From Psammoneis japonica (Eukaryota): 64,000 nt of DNA. Below, in pieces: positions 46,305 to 60,907 of this stretch. A model generated the notes under the pieces. It was not told the DNA's origin, made no database searches, and worked only from the letters and a program-made list of their open reading frames with translations. Every line of letters starts with the position of its first letter. Position 1 is the first letter of the stretch. Both the position numbers and the translations under genes were made by a program. The stretch spans positions 434,001-498,000 of the forward strand of contig QPGO01000005.1 in the NCBI GenBank assembly GCA_008632985.1. Direction: 5' to 3'.

Positions 46305-49300
46305 CATCCACAAACTTTTTGAGGGGGCTTGATGTCTTCTTTCTGCGTGTCGTTGATGAAGCTGGGATGGTTTCAGGAGAAACGAGCTTCTTGCTCTGGG
46401 TGTTTTTCGTGGGAGAAATGCTCGTAATGTTCTTAGAAGGAGCCAGCAATGCCTGCGTTTTCAACGTGCAGGTACTCGAGAGACTTGATTTTGCCAATCT
46501 CCATCGGAATGGACCGTTGACGTAGTTCCCGCCGATTCTCAGGTCTCATGTGTGCACAGAGCACGCAATCCTTGAAACACCTTTCCTCTTAACCGTCCAC
46601 GAGTGGCCCAAGTTCGAAATGTCCTGGACAGAATGAGCAAATGCATTAGCTTGCCAAACTGGAGCGGGATGCCTTCGTAGATGAAGTCGTTCGAGCCAGC
46701 ATTCAAGCGACACCGGTTCGTCAACTGGTGGAGGAAACAATGCCCGTCGCCTCCGCTGTTTGTGCAAAGTCATTGTGCAGATGCACCTCACCAGTGGAGA
46801 GGACGCATGCGAGACGATTGTTTGGGAGCTCGAATGCAACGACAGACCTGCCGATCCGATCGCCGATCGCGCGCAGACAACGTGCTGCATGCACCGGTGC
46901 ATTGTTCTTCCGCGTCCGACAGCCACTTGTCCGCTGAAATCCAGGTGCGGTTCTGCACTGGACTTTCTTTGCTTCAGAGTAGCGAGTTAGATTCGCACTG
47001 TCTTGAAGCCATGCCAGAGCTTGCTCCACCTCGGAGGGCAACCTTGGACAACGTTTCTGACTGAGAAAGCTTGCCAGTTGAGCAACTCTTGTTGCTCGAG
47101 TCGTCCTGCAGGGAAGATGTGATCAGCAAGAAGCCCATCACAAACACAACATCAGTCAGAGCCAAGACAAAGCTGCTGATGTTGAAAATCACCAATTTGA
47201 AGGATCGCACATTTTGTTGCCTCTCTGTCAAGAGGAAGCAGCTCGCCAGGAGAAGGTCTGTTGACAAAGAACTCTTCATGAACGAGATTCCCATCAACTT
47301 CTTCGTTTCCAATGCAGCAGGTGCCAACTTTTCAAAGGTGAAAGCATTGATGACTTGATGCACAATGGGAGTGGTGAGTGTGGCCCACCAACCACCGCCG
47401 CCACAGAGAAGGTGCTGGCATCCCGGCACTTCCCCAAGCACAGCAGATCAAGCATGTCCAGCAGTGTGGCAGCAACGGATGATGCCTCAAAATGAAGCAA
47501 AGAACTTGGGTGTCTCAGTCTCAATGGTGAGTGCACCATTTCCACAAAACATTCTGATGAAGGTGACATGGAGGAACAGGCCAGCTGTGTTGCACTTCTC
47601 ATTGAGCATGACATCAGTGAATTTTGGTGCCAGCAACTCCCTGCATTGAGGTGGAAAGCATGACTGCCGATCTGCTTCCCAGAAAACAATGCGATCATGA
47701 TGCACACTTGCTTGGAGGTGCAAAGCTCCTCCTTGGACAAGACATTTTGTGGATCCAAAGCATGCCACAAAGACTGCCTTGCACAAGGGTTGCCACTGGC
47801 CATGCTGTCTTTGGGCTTTGCATTCACAAACGCTTTCGTCTTCTTCCATCAGTGGGTGAGTGACTGTTGTTGGGAGTGAAAAGGAGATGAAAGCGCTGCA
47901 GCACGCAACAAGAATCAATGTTGGATTTTGCTTGAGTGGCAGCAAGGGTTTCTGGTTGGAAGTGACACACTGTCATGTGTGTGTCGTCAAATTTTTGGAC
48001 GATGCACACACATGTTGTGCAATGAAGTGCGTGGGCAGCACTGTGAGGAGGTCTGCTTGCGGCTGACAAATGTCATTTGTCCTGCAGCCACAAGCCATTC
48101 ACCCTTGTCATTTCACATTTCATCTGTTCCAGTGCTTCCATTTTTAAGTGGTCAGCAGGTGGTGGGGAGAGCTGCCTCTCTAAATCCTCACAAAGTCTTT
48201 GTGATTTTGTGACACAGCTTCTGCACATTCACACAATCATCAGTGCACCTGAATTTGAGCAGGCCTTTGAAGAAAGCACCTGGATTGGAGGGCAGACACA
48301 CTTTCTTTGCTGAGTCACTTTGACAACAACAAGGTTTCTCACACTTCTTTTCCAATTCAGCATCGCATGATTGGTCCAGCACTTGTCACGATTGGTGCCC
48401 AACCTTTCCAACCCAACAAAACAGAGGGATGCTGCTAGAAACAATGCTGCAGACAAGAGGATTGGCTGAAGCTCTTCCATCATTTGCACCAGGCTCAGAT
48501 CATGACCACATGTGTGCTCCAGTCTGTGCTGCAATGCAAAGAAACTGATGGGGGACCCTGACCCCAACAACAACAACAACAACAACCCGGAAAGCTGCCA
48601 TTGACAACTCCCAATGTTGCTGCCAAAATCTGCCCAATCTTTTGAGCATCAGACTGACATGCTCTCAGCCAGAGGCACCAGAAACTGCAAATGAGCACTG
48701 AACTGTTTCCTGTGGAGATTTGCAACACCTGCCCATCAGGGAATGACAAGTGCAAGGGTTGCAAAGATGCGTGCAAAACTGGTGCAATGGCAACTCTTGT
48801 TTCCAGGTTTAGACTCTCATGAGAGCTCTTGACTCCAGCTTGACTCTTGGCAGAAGTGCTTCACACCAGTGTCTTGAAATCATGCACAGGTGGTTGCCAC
48901 TGCTTGAGCAGCATCTCCTGCTCACAGAGAGCTCCAAGAACATGCCATGGAAATGCTGTGCACAGCTTGCACAAAGTGTTGCACATCAGCATCTTAGAAT
49001 CATTGTCATGTGGCTGCAAATGGTGGCCACTGCCAGAGCAACTCCTGCATGCAGAGCAACCCATCATGCTCACAAAAATGCCACACAGCCCACAAAGTGC
49101 TGCTTCAGCATCTTGGAATCATGTGCAAATGACAACTGCTGCTTGAGCAACTCCCACATGCATGCACACAGAGCAACCTCCAATGCACCAGCTGTCGTTG
49201 CCAAGTGGGAAAATGCTCTCTGCAAATTGCTGCACTTGTGTGTTCCTGTCACATCTTGACAGCACAGTTGCCACTCAAGCAACTCCTGCACAGAGAAACC

Positions 49301-49899
49301 TGACATGACAGTTGTGTTGTTGTGGCTGCATTTTTGCAGATTGCCTGTTTGCAGCCATTGCTGCATTTTGAAGTCTGGTTGTGCACAAGTGTTTTTGATG
49401 TGGCGGCCTGTTCTTTTGCCACACCGGCAACAAACCACCTTCTTCCATTTCTTTTGCACTTGGCAGCAGCAACACTGTTGATTTCCTCAGCGCTGCTTCT
49501 CTGCGCAGCCCCATCCACAGCAACATGCTCAGATTTTAAGCATTGTTGGATGCAGGCATGCAAACAGGCATGCTGCTGAAGCTTGTTTGCAGGTCAGTCA
49601 ACAAGACAACATTGACAAACTTCTCTCACCTGGTGCTGTGGACCTGCTGTCATTGACAGCCTCAGATTCTGAGTCATTTTGATGTGCTTCCAATCCACCA
49701 GAGACACTGGGAGCAGTCCTGCCATTGTTCTCCTTGTGTGAGTGGACAGCTTCTGAAACAATGTCTGAATGGCCTCACACCACTGACACCTCAGAGAGGA
49801 AATGTTTGTCCCCAACACTTTGAGGAAGACACCCTGCATGCTCCTCCTGTGCTTCACACCAATTGCACTGGAGCTCTTCACCCCACCAGAGTGACAGTG

Positions 49900-50900
49900 C
49901 AGCAGCAGCACTTCCCACTGTGGTTGTCCAAGTGAAGAGCAGGGCAGCCCCAACAAGATGTTGTGCTGCTTGCAGTCCTGGAAAGCCACCATGTTGCAGT
50001 GTGTCTTTAGCACAAGGTCACTGTCCATCCATGCTCCTTGCAACACAGCTGGAAAGGTGGCAACAGGAAGCCTTGCAGCCTCGGTGATCATCATGGTTGG
50101 TTTGCTGTTTTTGTGGATGGAAAAAACATCATGCACCTGCCGTTGAGTGGAAGCACCAAAGCAGCAACAGAGACAAGTTTCTTTGGGAAAGTGCATCTGC
50201 AGGCTGCCAATCCACAATGTCTGTCAATGGAATTCGGGCAAGTGCTCCACTCTAGAATCCTTGGAGTTTCAGTTTTTGTTGTTGTGAGCTCTTTGTGCAA
50301 TCACACATTTGTTTGCTTCTTTGATGAACAGACAGCCAAGAAAGGATCTGATGAAGTCATTGGCATGATGGCTTTGCACATTGAAAATGGTTGCATCAAC
50401 AATGACATCCTTCAGCTGGACCTGCACTGTGATGGATGTGCTGGGCAGAGTTGGAACAATCAGCTTGCCCTTTTCTGTGAAGAGGTGGCAGATCCTTTGT
50501 CAAGCAAGGCATTGTTTGCTTTGGTTTTTGAGCACCACTGTTGTTGGTTGCTGCGGTCACATTCAAAATGTCTGGCTCAGCTGCGCTGTCATTTGCAAGG
50601 TGTTCCACGCTCAACACCCTGGGAATGACTGACCCCCGATCATCAAATGGGTTGAATTGACTTGTTGCATCTGTGAAATCCAATGTCAACATCCACAAAA
50701 GATGACTCAGCTGATTGGTGCACATTGGATTGAATTTTGTGGGGTGATGGGGCTGAAAGCAGAGGTGACACTCTTGACAAACACAAGCTGGGATGGAGCA
50801 CAGGACTGTTGCAATGGAACAATGGTGGTCACCCATGCAAACACCATCCTCTGCAACAAGTCTGGCAGCTTTGCTGTGCTGGAGAAAAGAGCAGTCAGGT
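49900..50900 (+). mobile_element. Degenerate DDD transposase remnant, Sola-like
   Basis: SMEFGQVLHSRILGVSVF...CFFDEQTAKKGSDEV...LDLHCDGCAGQSWN resembles the D.qq.l..YsRkL / DE..akKGsnEv / DgC.GQNkN motif series. Confidence 0.6.
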
Positions 50901-52399
50901 TGACCTCCTGAAGGGCAACCAAGCACTTCTTTTGTGATGCAGCAAAAACCACACAATGCCATGTGGGCAAAAGGGGTTTGAGAAACATGACCATTTGAGT
51001 CAGTGCACCTGTCTGTGAAAAAAAAAACAGAAAACTGTGGGATGCTTGTGGCAGTGATGCCCACAAGTCCACTCAAGAAGAGTGCGCACACCTGATGCCA
51101 ATCATCCACAGAGCAAGGTGAGACAACACATCAGCAACACTTGCTGGAAGAAGCAGATCTAAAGTGCTGAGAAACAAAACAAAAAACAACAAAACTCAAA
51201 ACCAACTTCTGCTTTCCTCTGACACACCCACGCCATTGCCAACAGAGCTCTTGATGAAGAGCAGGGAAGATTGGATGAATCAGATCATCACTCCCAAGGT
51301 TGTTGAGGAACTCCAAACACAGAACAGACAAACAGAAAGGGAAAAATGCAGAGTCTGTTGCACTTGAAAATGTGACCTTGCACTGGGCTGATTTTTACAC
51401 ATTGAAGTGCAGCAAAAGCAAGACAAGTGCTGTTTCACGTTCTCCACAACCAGAGTGTCAGCTGACATGGCAAATGCATGGCAAGAAATGTGGCAGCTTG
51501 AGCTTTTGATGCAGGCTGCTGTTGGCATCATAAAAGCCAAAACAACAATCCAAAACTGCAAACAAGCCATCGTGCAAAAAAATGGAAAAAAATTGAGTCA
51601 TGATTGCACGGTGAAGCACAGCAAAATGGTGGCCACTTCATTGCTCTCAATCTTGACAGATGCAAGGCCAATGAAAAGTTGCGCCCCATTCCAAGCACCT
51701 GCCTCTCCTGGACACCACCTGCCATTGAGTCAGGTGACTCTCTTTTGACAGAAGAAAACTCATTTCTTCTTTGATTTTTGCAGCATCCCTGCCCACAGCA
51801 GTGGAGCGGTTTGCAGCTGGCTTGGCGACAGATTGGAGGCAAAAGCTGGTGGAGCAGAGCCAGATGACAGCAGACTTGTGGCAACATTGATTGTCATGCT
51901 CATTCTTTTTCTGCTGAATCACAATTTTTTTGTTGCCGGCCCCACTGCTGAGAATGGTGGGCACATTGTGTGCAAAGTGACAGCCACACCAACTTGACAT
52001 GCACAGCTCAGTTTCAGTGCAGATTTCTCACACCAACACATGCTGGGGGCACAATGGCCACTCAGTTTTTGTGTCACTTGAGGGACAGCTCTTGAGGGGG
52101 GGCAAGTTCCTCAGCGACAAAGACCTGGAGAGTTGCAAAGAAGCTCAGCTTGGGTTTGAAATTCAAGCAGTGTCCAGATCTCCAGCATTCAAAACAAGTA
52201 GACTGCAGATTGTCAACTCCTTGGTTCATGGACATGCACTAGCCATCAACAAAAGACAGTGACCATGCTGCATGTGGCATCATCTGATGTTGACTGGAGG
52301 TGTTGTTCAGCATGAAAAACAATGAGACATCATTTGAAAGCAAACAAACAAGCCGACGACATTGGCAGAGGATGCAGAGGCTTTGAAAGCATGTTTCCA

Positions 52400-54900
52400 G
52401 CAATGGAGTGAGTGCTGTGTGATGTTGGGCTTGTGGCCAGCAAAGACACAGCAAAGCAGTTTTGTGGAAACAAGAGTGGTTGCTTGAGGGGTTGCAACGC
52501 AACAGCGGTGTTGATGTTTTTGTGTTCTCTGTGGAAAAATTGTGGCGCCAAACTCAATGGTCAACTTTGTGAGAAGGAATGCACAGATTTGAATCTAGGT
52601 GGTGCAAGCAAGGCACAGAAAGTGCCCAAATGACTTTGACAAATGACTCACAAAGCAACAGTTCCTGGGACATGATCTCGAGAGCATGGCATGCTGCACA
52701 TCATGCATTGCTGCAGCCAGTGCATCATCTGCCAGCCAGTTGACTTGCTTGTCCAATGCTCTGTGGAGGGCAGATGTGAGACAAAGTGTGCAAGACATTG
52801 CTGGCAGTCTGATGATGTGTGCACTTGCATGCTGCACTGGCTCACAGGCTCTGTGAGGCAGTTGGCACATCATCAATGCCTGCTCTCTGCAAAAACATCT
52901 GAAAGTCCTCACCAATGAACTCTCCACCATGTTATCACAGACACAAGAATTTGGATGAGGGCAACACAATTTTGAAGCCACTGAGCAACATGATGCAAAT
53001 TTTTGTTCTCAAACCAAGCAAGAAGATCAATGACACATTTGAAACAACACCAACACATGCCAAAGCACATCAAATGTGATTTCTTAGCCTCAGATCTCAG
53101 TCTTCCAAGGGCATGTCAAATTGCTCCATGTGTTGCTTGAGAGTGATCTCTGGATGGCCAGGAACCAAAGTTTTCAAATGACAAAAATGTGTGCCACATC
53201 CAGCACAATGTGATGACAGCATTGTGCCAGATCAGGAGGCAGCAACAGTGCAGCAAGAATGTGGAAAAATGTGGCCAGCAGCAGATCAATTGCTTGGTTC
53301 AGAGCAAATCAACTCCTGTTTGATTTTTTAATTTTTGCATTCAAACAGTCTGTTGTCAACACCATGCAACAATGGTTTCTCCGATTGTGCAAGAAACAGC
53401 CAGCCAACATGCTGTCCTTGCTGCCCACAGCATGTTCAACAGTGGGAGCAAAATTTTCAGGAACAGGTGCTGCCTGAGCACACACTGCAAGCCAGCACAT
53501 GAAAGGTGAGATTTTTTTGATCAGCAAAAACAAAAAAGTTGCTGCCAAGCAGCCCTTCTCATCAATGACAGCAGAGCTGTTTTGCTGTGCAGTGCTGAGC
53601 TTGTGCAAAAGACTTGAACATGCAATGGGCTTGCCCCTTGCCCTCCTGCACACAATTGCCATGCCTGTGCCCATCTGACAGCCAGAGGAGTTGGCACAGA
53701 TGTGGAGGGGTTTGTTGTGATCACAGCAGACCCAAAGAGTGTCATCTGACACAAAATTTTTCATGTCTTCAATCAAAAGCCTTTGGACACTCTGGCATCT
53801 GCCTCCAGCTTGCTCTCACCAGCCAACTTTGTAACAGAAGCAAGCACCACACGCAAATGACACAGCCACATGTTGTGGCTGCTGCGCCAACAAATGAGCA
53901 CAGCCTCCGTGTGACATTTTGTGGTGGTTGCATTTGCAGCACTGCCTCACCCTTTTTCTTCCACAGCTGGGCTCTTGGTGCTTGCATTGACCACCAATGG
54001 TGGGGCCCAGGCCAGAAATTCTGTCTCTTGGAGACACACCACACTTGCACTTGAGTGGTCTCACCCTGAGTTTGTTCTCTTCCAGCCTTGATGACAACTC
54101 ATCAAGATGATCCATGTGAGTGTCAAAGTGTTCATCAAATTGAGCAATGTCATCAACACAATTCTCAACATTTGGGCCATTTGCCATTTTCTTGACAGTT
54201 GACTGAGTGACATCAGGTGCCATTTCCAAACCCTGCCATGAGACAGCAGCACAATCAAAACTTGCCATGTGGTGTGATGACAGGGCACAGGTCCTTGGAC
54301 TTCTTGTTGAGCTTGGCATGGCATTGGAGGACAGTTGGGTTGACTTTTGTCAAATGCTTGCAACCTGAGTGATGGCAAACAACATCTTGATCAACAAGCA
54401 GGAGAGGTCGCACACCTTGTGCTTGAGGACCTTCTCTTGTTGAGCTCTAAAATCAAATGCCCAGTGTGCTTGACTGCATGCCTTGGGAATGATGAAGGTT
54501 CCAGCTGCCTGCTCCACCAGATTGACTGGCTCCAACACAACAATGCCTCACAAGATGCTGCAGCCCATTCTTGAGTGTCTCGCATCTTGGCAGCCCGCAA
54601 CTCTCAGGTGTGCCGCAGGCTCTGGAATGGAAAGGAACATGTGGGCAGCAGCATCATGCAGCTGAGTCATTTTCATGCTCTCAAGATCAGAGTGCTCAAA
54701 CTTTGCCTCACAGTTGACACAGGGTTCTTTCTGTGAATCGCTCACTGCCAAAAATTGAGCGCTTTGCAGCGGTCCTTTCCAAGGACTTTTTGCCTTGTTC
54801 TCCAGCTGTTGCACCCAGCAGATTGCCAAATCTTGCTCTTGATGACAATGTTGGCTCACTTTTTTGAAACTGCAGCTCTTGCTTGCAGATCTCTTTTCTC
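52400..54900 (-). mobile_element. Degenerate Ty3/Gypsy pol (RT-RNaseH-integrase order)
   Basis: AAGTFIIPK...W..DFRA..KVLK.KVC; RT core NCVDDIA...H..HL..L..RLEE..L.V.PLKC; RNaseH DHNKPLHICANSSGCQMG..GKPIAC..KLSTAQQN; integrase HPNSCVCDN and DDALAAAMH. Confidence 0.85.
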
Positions 54901-57249
54901 TCGTTCAGCCAGTCTGGTGGAGTTGGCTCTCTGGCATTGTTCTTCATCCTCCACCAGCCAGCTGCTCTTCATCAGAGTGCACGACATCGCAATGTCTGCA
55001 TGCATGACAAAATTACATTGCCACATTATAAAATTTGCTTGTCTGCACACAACGGTTTTTGTCATTTAGTTGGTTTTTATCTCCTGCTGTTCTTCATGTT
55101 TGAGCACAGATGCTTTTTAATTTTTGTGCTCTGCCTTTTTCACAACAACCAACGATCTTTAACGACAAGCCAAACATTGCAACCTCATGCAATGAAATTT
55201 TCATCATGCAAAGTGTGCACCAATTGTTCAATCAAAAACTGTGCTCCAATTGGCCCATTCGTCCGCATCGTCCTCTTCATTCCACATGTCTTGTCCGCTC
55301 TCTTGCAAGAATTTCAAATGTGCCGCTGCCACATTGGATGTTTCCTCGTCACCGTTCCAAAAAAGCCACACTGCATTTCTTGCATTTGGGTGAACATCAT
55401 CGAGAGGAAGAGGTCCCTCGAAACACAGAATCGCATTGATGCTCCCCTCTTGACGTCGTGTTGTCTGCTTCTTTTTCTCTTTCTTCATTTTGCCCGTCCC
55501 ATTTTTCTCTTCCTTCTTCGTCTTGGTGCCGCCTGTTTTCACTGTCTCTGGCGTCTTTCCATCCGAATCCTTCTTTTTCATTGATCCCGTCACCGTCGCC
55601 TTCATCGTGTGTCACTTTGTTTTGGATCCATGTTTCTGACTTCTCTCTGTGCTGTCTCCATTTCCGAATGTTTCTTTGTGATTGTTCGCATGCGTCACTT
55701 GAAGGCACCCACGTGTTCTTCACGCACCTCAATGCGCATGCAGAAATCCATGTTGTTTTCCAGCACATGCACCCTTTCTCCTGATGCATGTTTGCACAAT
55801 GTTTTCTTCCATCAATTCTACACTCCGTGTTGCCCTTTGCCGGTGTGATCTCACGCAGGATTTCCCTGGGAGAAGTCACACATGCGTCTGGCAGGTTTTT
55901 GTGTTTAAAACTCCAAATCCCACCAGGCGCGCATGTGACTTCTCCCATGCACCACTCTGGCACATTTCTGTAGAAACCAGAATTTTGTGACTGATGCACG
56001 ACCAATCTGGTGAATGCAATGGCGGACCCCCTTCATCAATCCCGGAGGATCATGTGATGGAGACAGTTGATGGTTTTGTTCACGCTGATGCTGCTTGTTG
56101 TTCAGAGGAACAGAGAGCAAAGGATGCAAAGGCTGCTGTGTCAAGATTGGCAGAAGCAATGGCAGAAGCCCGTCGTGCCGGTGTGGCTGCAACGACCGCA
56201 CTTGAGAGTGCTTTGTTAAATCAAGCAACGACCACTCGTGAATTTAAGCACATCTGTGTGCAGTGCATCGAGTCATCGATCGAGACACACTGTTCAGACA
56301 ACGACTGATTGTTGCAGTGGAAAACCACAGCGAAGCGGAAATGAGTTTCCAGTGCTTTCTTCACGGCAACGCATTTGATGCAAAAGAACTGGGGCTCCCA
56401 ATCTCCATTGCGGGACATCAAAAATCAGAATGTGGGCCGCACATGCTGCACAGCTGTGACTTGACGTTGCTTCTGAGATGCCTCAGGGCAAATTCTGACA
56501 CAGACGCCACAAGAGTGGCAGAGAGGGAGCAATCTGTGATTGACAGCATTGACAAATCCATCCACCACCGTGCCGTGCCACTCCTTCGAAGGCGACACCC
56601 AACACAGCCGCAGCACGTCCTGAAGGATGCAATCACGTTGCTCCACGAGGCCCTCAATGATTTGATGAGGAAAGACGTTGCCTTGCAGTGACAGTGGCAA
56701 GCTTTGTGTGATCTGAGGCCAGGCACAGATCAAATGCGGGGAGGGACATGGACCGTGATCCGGGCTGTGGACGAAGAAGCCATGGCAAGAGAAAGGGTCC
56801 TGCAGTTGGCATTGCAAATCGAGGCACAATTGGTGGCTGTCAACCAGCCTGACCACAGCGCCGACTTTCAGCATGCAATTGTGGCTGCCAGGGAACATTT
56901 CATGGCGCAGGATGACCAGATGGACCGTGCAATTGGACACTGCATAGAATCTGTGAGGAAGCAATTGCTCTAAAACTGAACACATCTGATGCATTGAGAG
57001 TTTCCTGTCATGTCGGTGGTTGGGAAAGCCTTCCAATCAGGAAGAAGCTTGTCTTGGAGTTTCAGAAGAAGACATCAGAACGAAAGCAATGGAAGGTGCT
57101 TGCACCGCACTGCTTCACGTGTGCCACAATGACTTTGCCAATTCTGAAAGGATCAAACTCATCATGTTTGCAAGAAAGAGTTGGGAAATCACTGTGAGTG
57201 AATGACAGATTGATGTGCGCATCCTGTTTTGGAAACAAATCTGACCAAC

Positions 57250-60200
57250 ACTTCCTTCTGTCCTGTGTGGCCCAAACAAACAGGGCCTTTTCTTGCACTT
57301 CTGCTGCTCCTGGACATTCTTCATAAACCAAAACATTGTCCCCAATTGCTTTGACAGGGACAACACGTAACTCAGGTGAGCACTGAGTCTTCTCAGACGT
57401 TGAAAGCCAGTTGTTTCATTTGTGATCAAGCTGCCAGCAACTGACCAAGTGTCGTGCTGATGCTGTTGCCTCACAGTTCTCTGGTCAGCTTGACAAGCAG
57501 TTGGATGGACCACTGCAAAAATCGATCCTGTGTCTTCCTGTTTGAAGAAACATGGCAAACGGGAGGGAAACTGTTGATCGCCCTTTCGTGCGCCAAAGGT
57601 CACATGGGCAAAGTCTCACCATGGTCCTTCGCTTTTGCAACTGGGGTGCGCACTGCACGCATCCCTCCTGTTTGCATTGTAAAACTCTGTCTTGCAAGTC
57701 AGGTGTGTGTTTTCACTGTCTTCACCAACACAATCCTCCCACTTTTCCGACATGAAGTTTGGCAACACAGGATGAACTTGGCAACGAGCATGCAAGCTGT
57801 TCCACTCAAACGTCACAGCGCCGATCCCTCGGTTGTAGAGGTGAGAGTGAGTGCACTTTCTCCCAGCGTGTGATTGTCCATCCTGACTCTTGATGATTCC
57901 TTTTTCCCAGTTGGCAAAATCCAACCATTGGCTGAAATTGTGGCGTTGAGCCTCATTTGGTCCTCCATGCGCGACACGACCTGCTTCAGAAAACTGTGAG
58001 GTTGCGTTGTTGTGTGGTGGATGATGGCAGCTTGAAAAAGTCTTTCAAGAGACATTTCCTCAAGCCTGCATCAAAGTTCATCGCGTGTCGGCAACGACAA
58101 AGAAACACTGGGAGATGGAGTGTTTCATGAAGCTTTTGAAGCTTCCATCCGCACCCTTCTGTTCGCGGGACAAATTGCACTGTCCGGTCAATGAGGAGAC
58201 GGATTTTCTTGTTTATTTTCTGAATGGATGAACTGGGAGTCACGCTTGTGATGGGTGAACTGCCTGGCCTGTGCCATGCGTGGAAGACAAGAAGGTCCTC
58301 GAGCAATTGAATGAATTGCCGGACGCTGCAGTTGAGTCTTTTTCCCTTGTGTTTTTTCTTTTTTTGGTTGTCGTCACCATCCTCAGCCTCACTCTCCTCT
58401 TTCTCATCCTCATTTTCGTCCCAGTCACCCGACTCCTCCGACCTTTCATCGTCAGAGTCCAAGTGCTCACTAGGTTGGCAGCAGCTCTCAAAGTTTGCTT
58501 TGGGCATCTTGCGATTCTCTGGAACAATGGGTTCGTCTGTGTCCTCGTCAAGGAAGCATGACTCACATGCGTTTTGTCCCTCGCCAGTTGACAGGAGAAG
58601 GTAGAAAACAAAAGCCATTCCAGCCCAGTGGTGAGAGTTGAGGAAGGCAAGTGACGTTGCTCCTCCTTTGAAGTTTGTTCACAAAAAGGATGCTTTGCAA
58701 GTTGACCGGTGATTGCTGAAAATCCTTTCCACCATGCTGTCCACCTCACTTGCGACCACAGGTGTCATGCTGTCCACAAATGAATTGATCACCCTTTTCA
58801 AGGTGCCGTTTTCAAAGAGATGCATCATGTCGCTTGCTGTCGCAAGGGCAACGCCGCATGGTTGTGCGCCAAAGTCTGCCTCAAAAAGACAGTTGGCAGG
58901 TGCGTTGTGTTGCTTGAGGCAACGCAAGATGCCCAACCAGTGCTTCCTTTCTTGGTCTGATCTGTTGTTGTCGTTGGCCTTAGTTTGCACTTGGTGGAAA
59001 TCCAGTCCTCGGATGAACTCACATTCAATCCATGGGTCGTCCAGTTTGTTGAAGCCAGTGAGGCAAAAACGACAGCAACATTGACGACAGTTGTGACCTC
59101 CGCATCGTCCGACGAGACAGTCGCCGCTTTTTGCATCTCCTGTGATCAGAGCAATCAGTGGGATTGCGTGGAGGTGTCGCATCTCATCCCCTCGTCGCAC
59201 GTGTGTTTTCATGCCTCCTTTTCTCATGACTTCCAAAAGTGGCTCCAAAACAACATGCAAGCAAGTGTGGTGGTCTCTTGACGAGCGTCCCTTCTCCGCC
59301 TTGCGATTGTTTGAGAGATTCTTTGCCGCAGATGATGACATCTTTTCCAAATCCGGGAGATGACCAATTGGTTTCCAGACACTCTTGTCGACCATTTGTT
59401 GAAGGCAACATGCGCAGAGGTCATGATCACTGGTTCTCTGCAATGTGATCCCATCCCTTGTGTCCTGCCAGTCTTGTCAAGGTAAATGACATTGCACTCG
59501 AGAAATTGTTTCTCCGGGTCAGTTGTCCGTTCTTCGTAACTGTGCCTGCACCACTCACCCGCCAAAAGGCACTTGTCATCCGGTCCCTTTGCTTTGCACT
59601 TCCCAAAAGGATTGTCTGGATCGGCCATGTTCTCTCTGCTGCACCACAGGTGAGGATCGAGCAAAAACTGTTCCCAAACCTTTGTGAAATCCCATCTTGG
59701 CACTGACACTCGTTTTGGCAAACCGGTTTTGAAATTTTTGGTTTCTAGAGTGACAGGAACAGACTCGCTGGGTGGAAGAGGGAAATGCTTGGTTAAGGCA
59801 CGCATCAACTCTTTTCTCCTTGGCAGAACTGTGCCAAGCTTGATGTTGCTGTTGCCAATGTGCCTCTCAATGAAATCAACAATGCATTCGCACAACTCCA
59901 GGGGAGCACCACGTGTGTCCATGAGCTTCTTGCACAACTCTGCGCAAGCTCCGTCAAGATTTGTCAAAGAGGGAGCAGAAGCCAAGGCCTCTTCTGCAGG
60001 AGCATCATGCCCAATCCCCAAACATTGATCATCATCGTGAATGTCCTCTTCCTCCTCCATTGTCACGTCCAACACTGCAGCAAAGGATTGACCACCGCCA
60101 ACATCCAAATCGTTCATTGCCAAAAGTTCAACTCCATGCATGCTGTGGTTTGATGAAATGGAGGACATGTCGTCCATTCCGTGCGGTGCGTCATCCGGGG

Positions 60201-60492
60201 AGGGGAACAAGGGGCTGCTGCTCGGATCACTCGTTGAAGATCTTGGGAATCTGCTGTGAGTAGATCGCCTTGGACAGGATTCGTCATCATCAGAGGACAA
60301 AGAGGAAGAACTGCCGCTTTCTTTGGGTGGCCCCTCTGTTGTGGCAGGAATGTCGCTTTGATCTGGGATTGGATCTTGGGTTTGCAACTCTTGGGCAACT
60401 GAGTGACACATCGGTGAGTCTCTGCAACCGGGACAGAGAAGAGGGTTTCCATCCATTGTCAAATCAGACAATGTTGACAGGGCCTTCATCAA
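57250..60492 (-). mobile_element. Degenerate Plavaka-like (CMC-related) transposase
   Basis: Motifs PDNPFGK, GEW.R.SY, IYLDKTG, EPVIMT, WKPIGHLPDLE, ITGDAKSGD.LVGR.GGH..C.C, DMMHLFENG and GWKLQKLHE..H...NFDAG...KDFFKLPS.TTQQR, across frameshifts. Confidence 0.75.
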
Positions 60493-60907
60493 GACTCATG
60501 CTCGTCGTCCTTGTCTTGTGGATGAGAAGGGAAAAGAAAAACAACACGCAAAAAATGGCGGGAAATTGGCAAACATTGCATCATCTTCCAGATTTGGATG
60601 ATTCTTGCAGGTGTGACGTGTCTGCATTTTGATTTTTTATCTGGCATTCACAACGAATGTTGTGCTTTTTATTTGCCATCAAAATGCAGAATGTTGTCTC
60701 CGTTGAAACGCAATGACAGCCATCAAAAAGCAAGTTGGACTGTTCGTTGTCATGTGCAAATGTGTTTTCAAATTTCAATGTTGCTGACAACAATTTGTGC
60801 AATGTCACAGAGAAAAACAGAGTGCCTGGCTGTCTCAACACGACCCAAATGATGGTTGCACTGTCGAACAGCAACACTCCTCTCATTGTTGCTGTGAAAA
60901 GATCAAG

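Noticed and set aside
48565..48585. (CAA)7 tract as a converted (TAA)n retroposon tail
   Set aside because: No supporting element boundary or TSD, and no TGA units mixed in; an ordinary microsatellite is sufficient.
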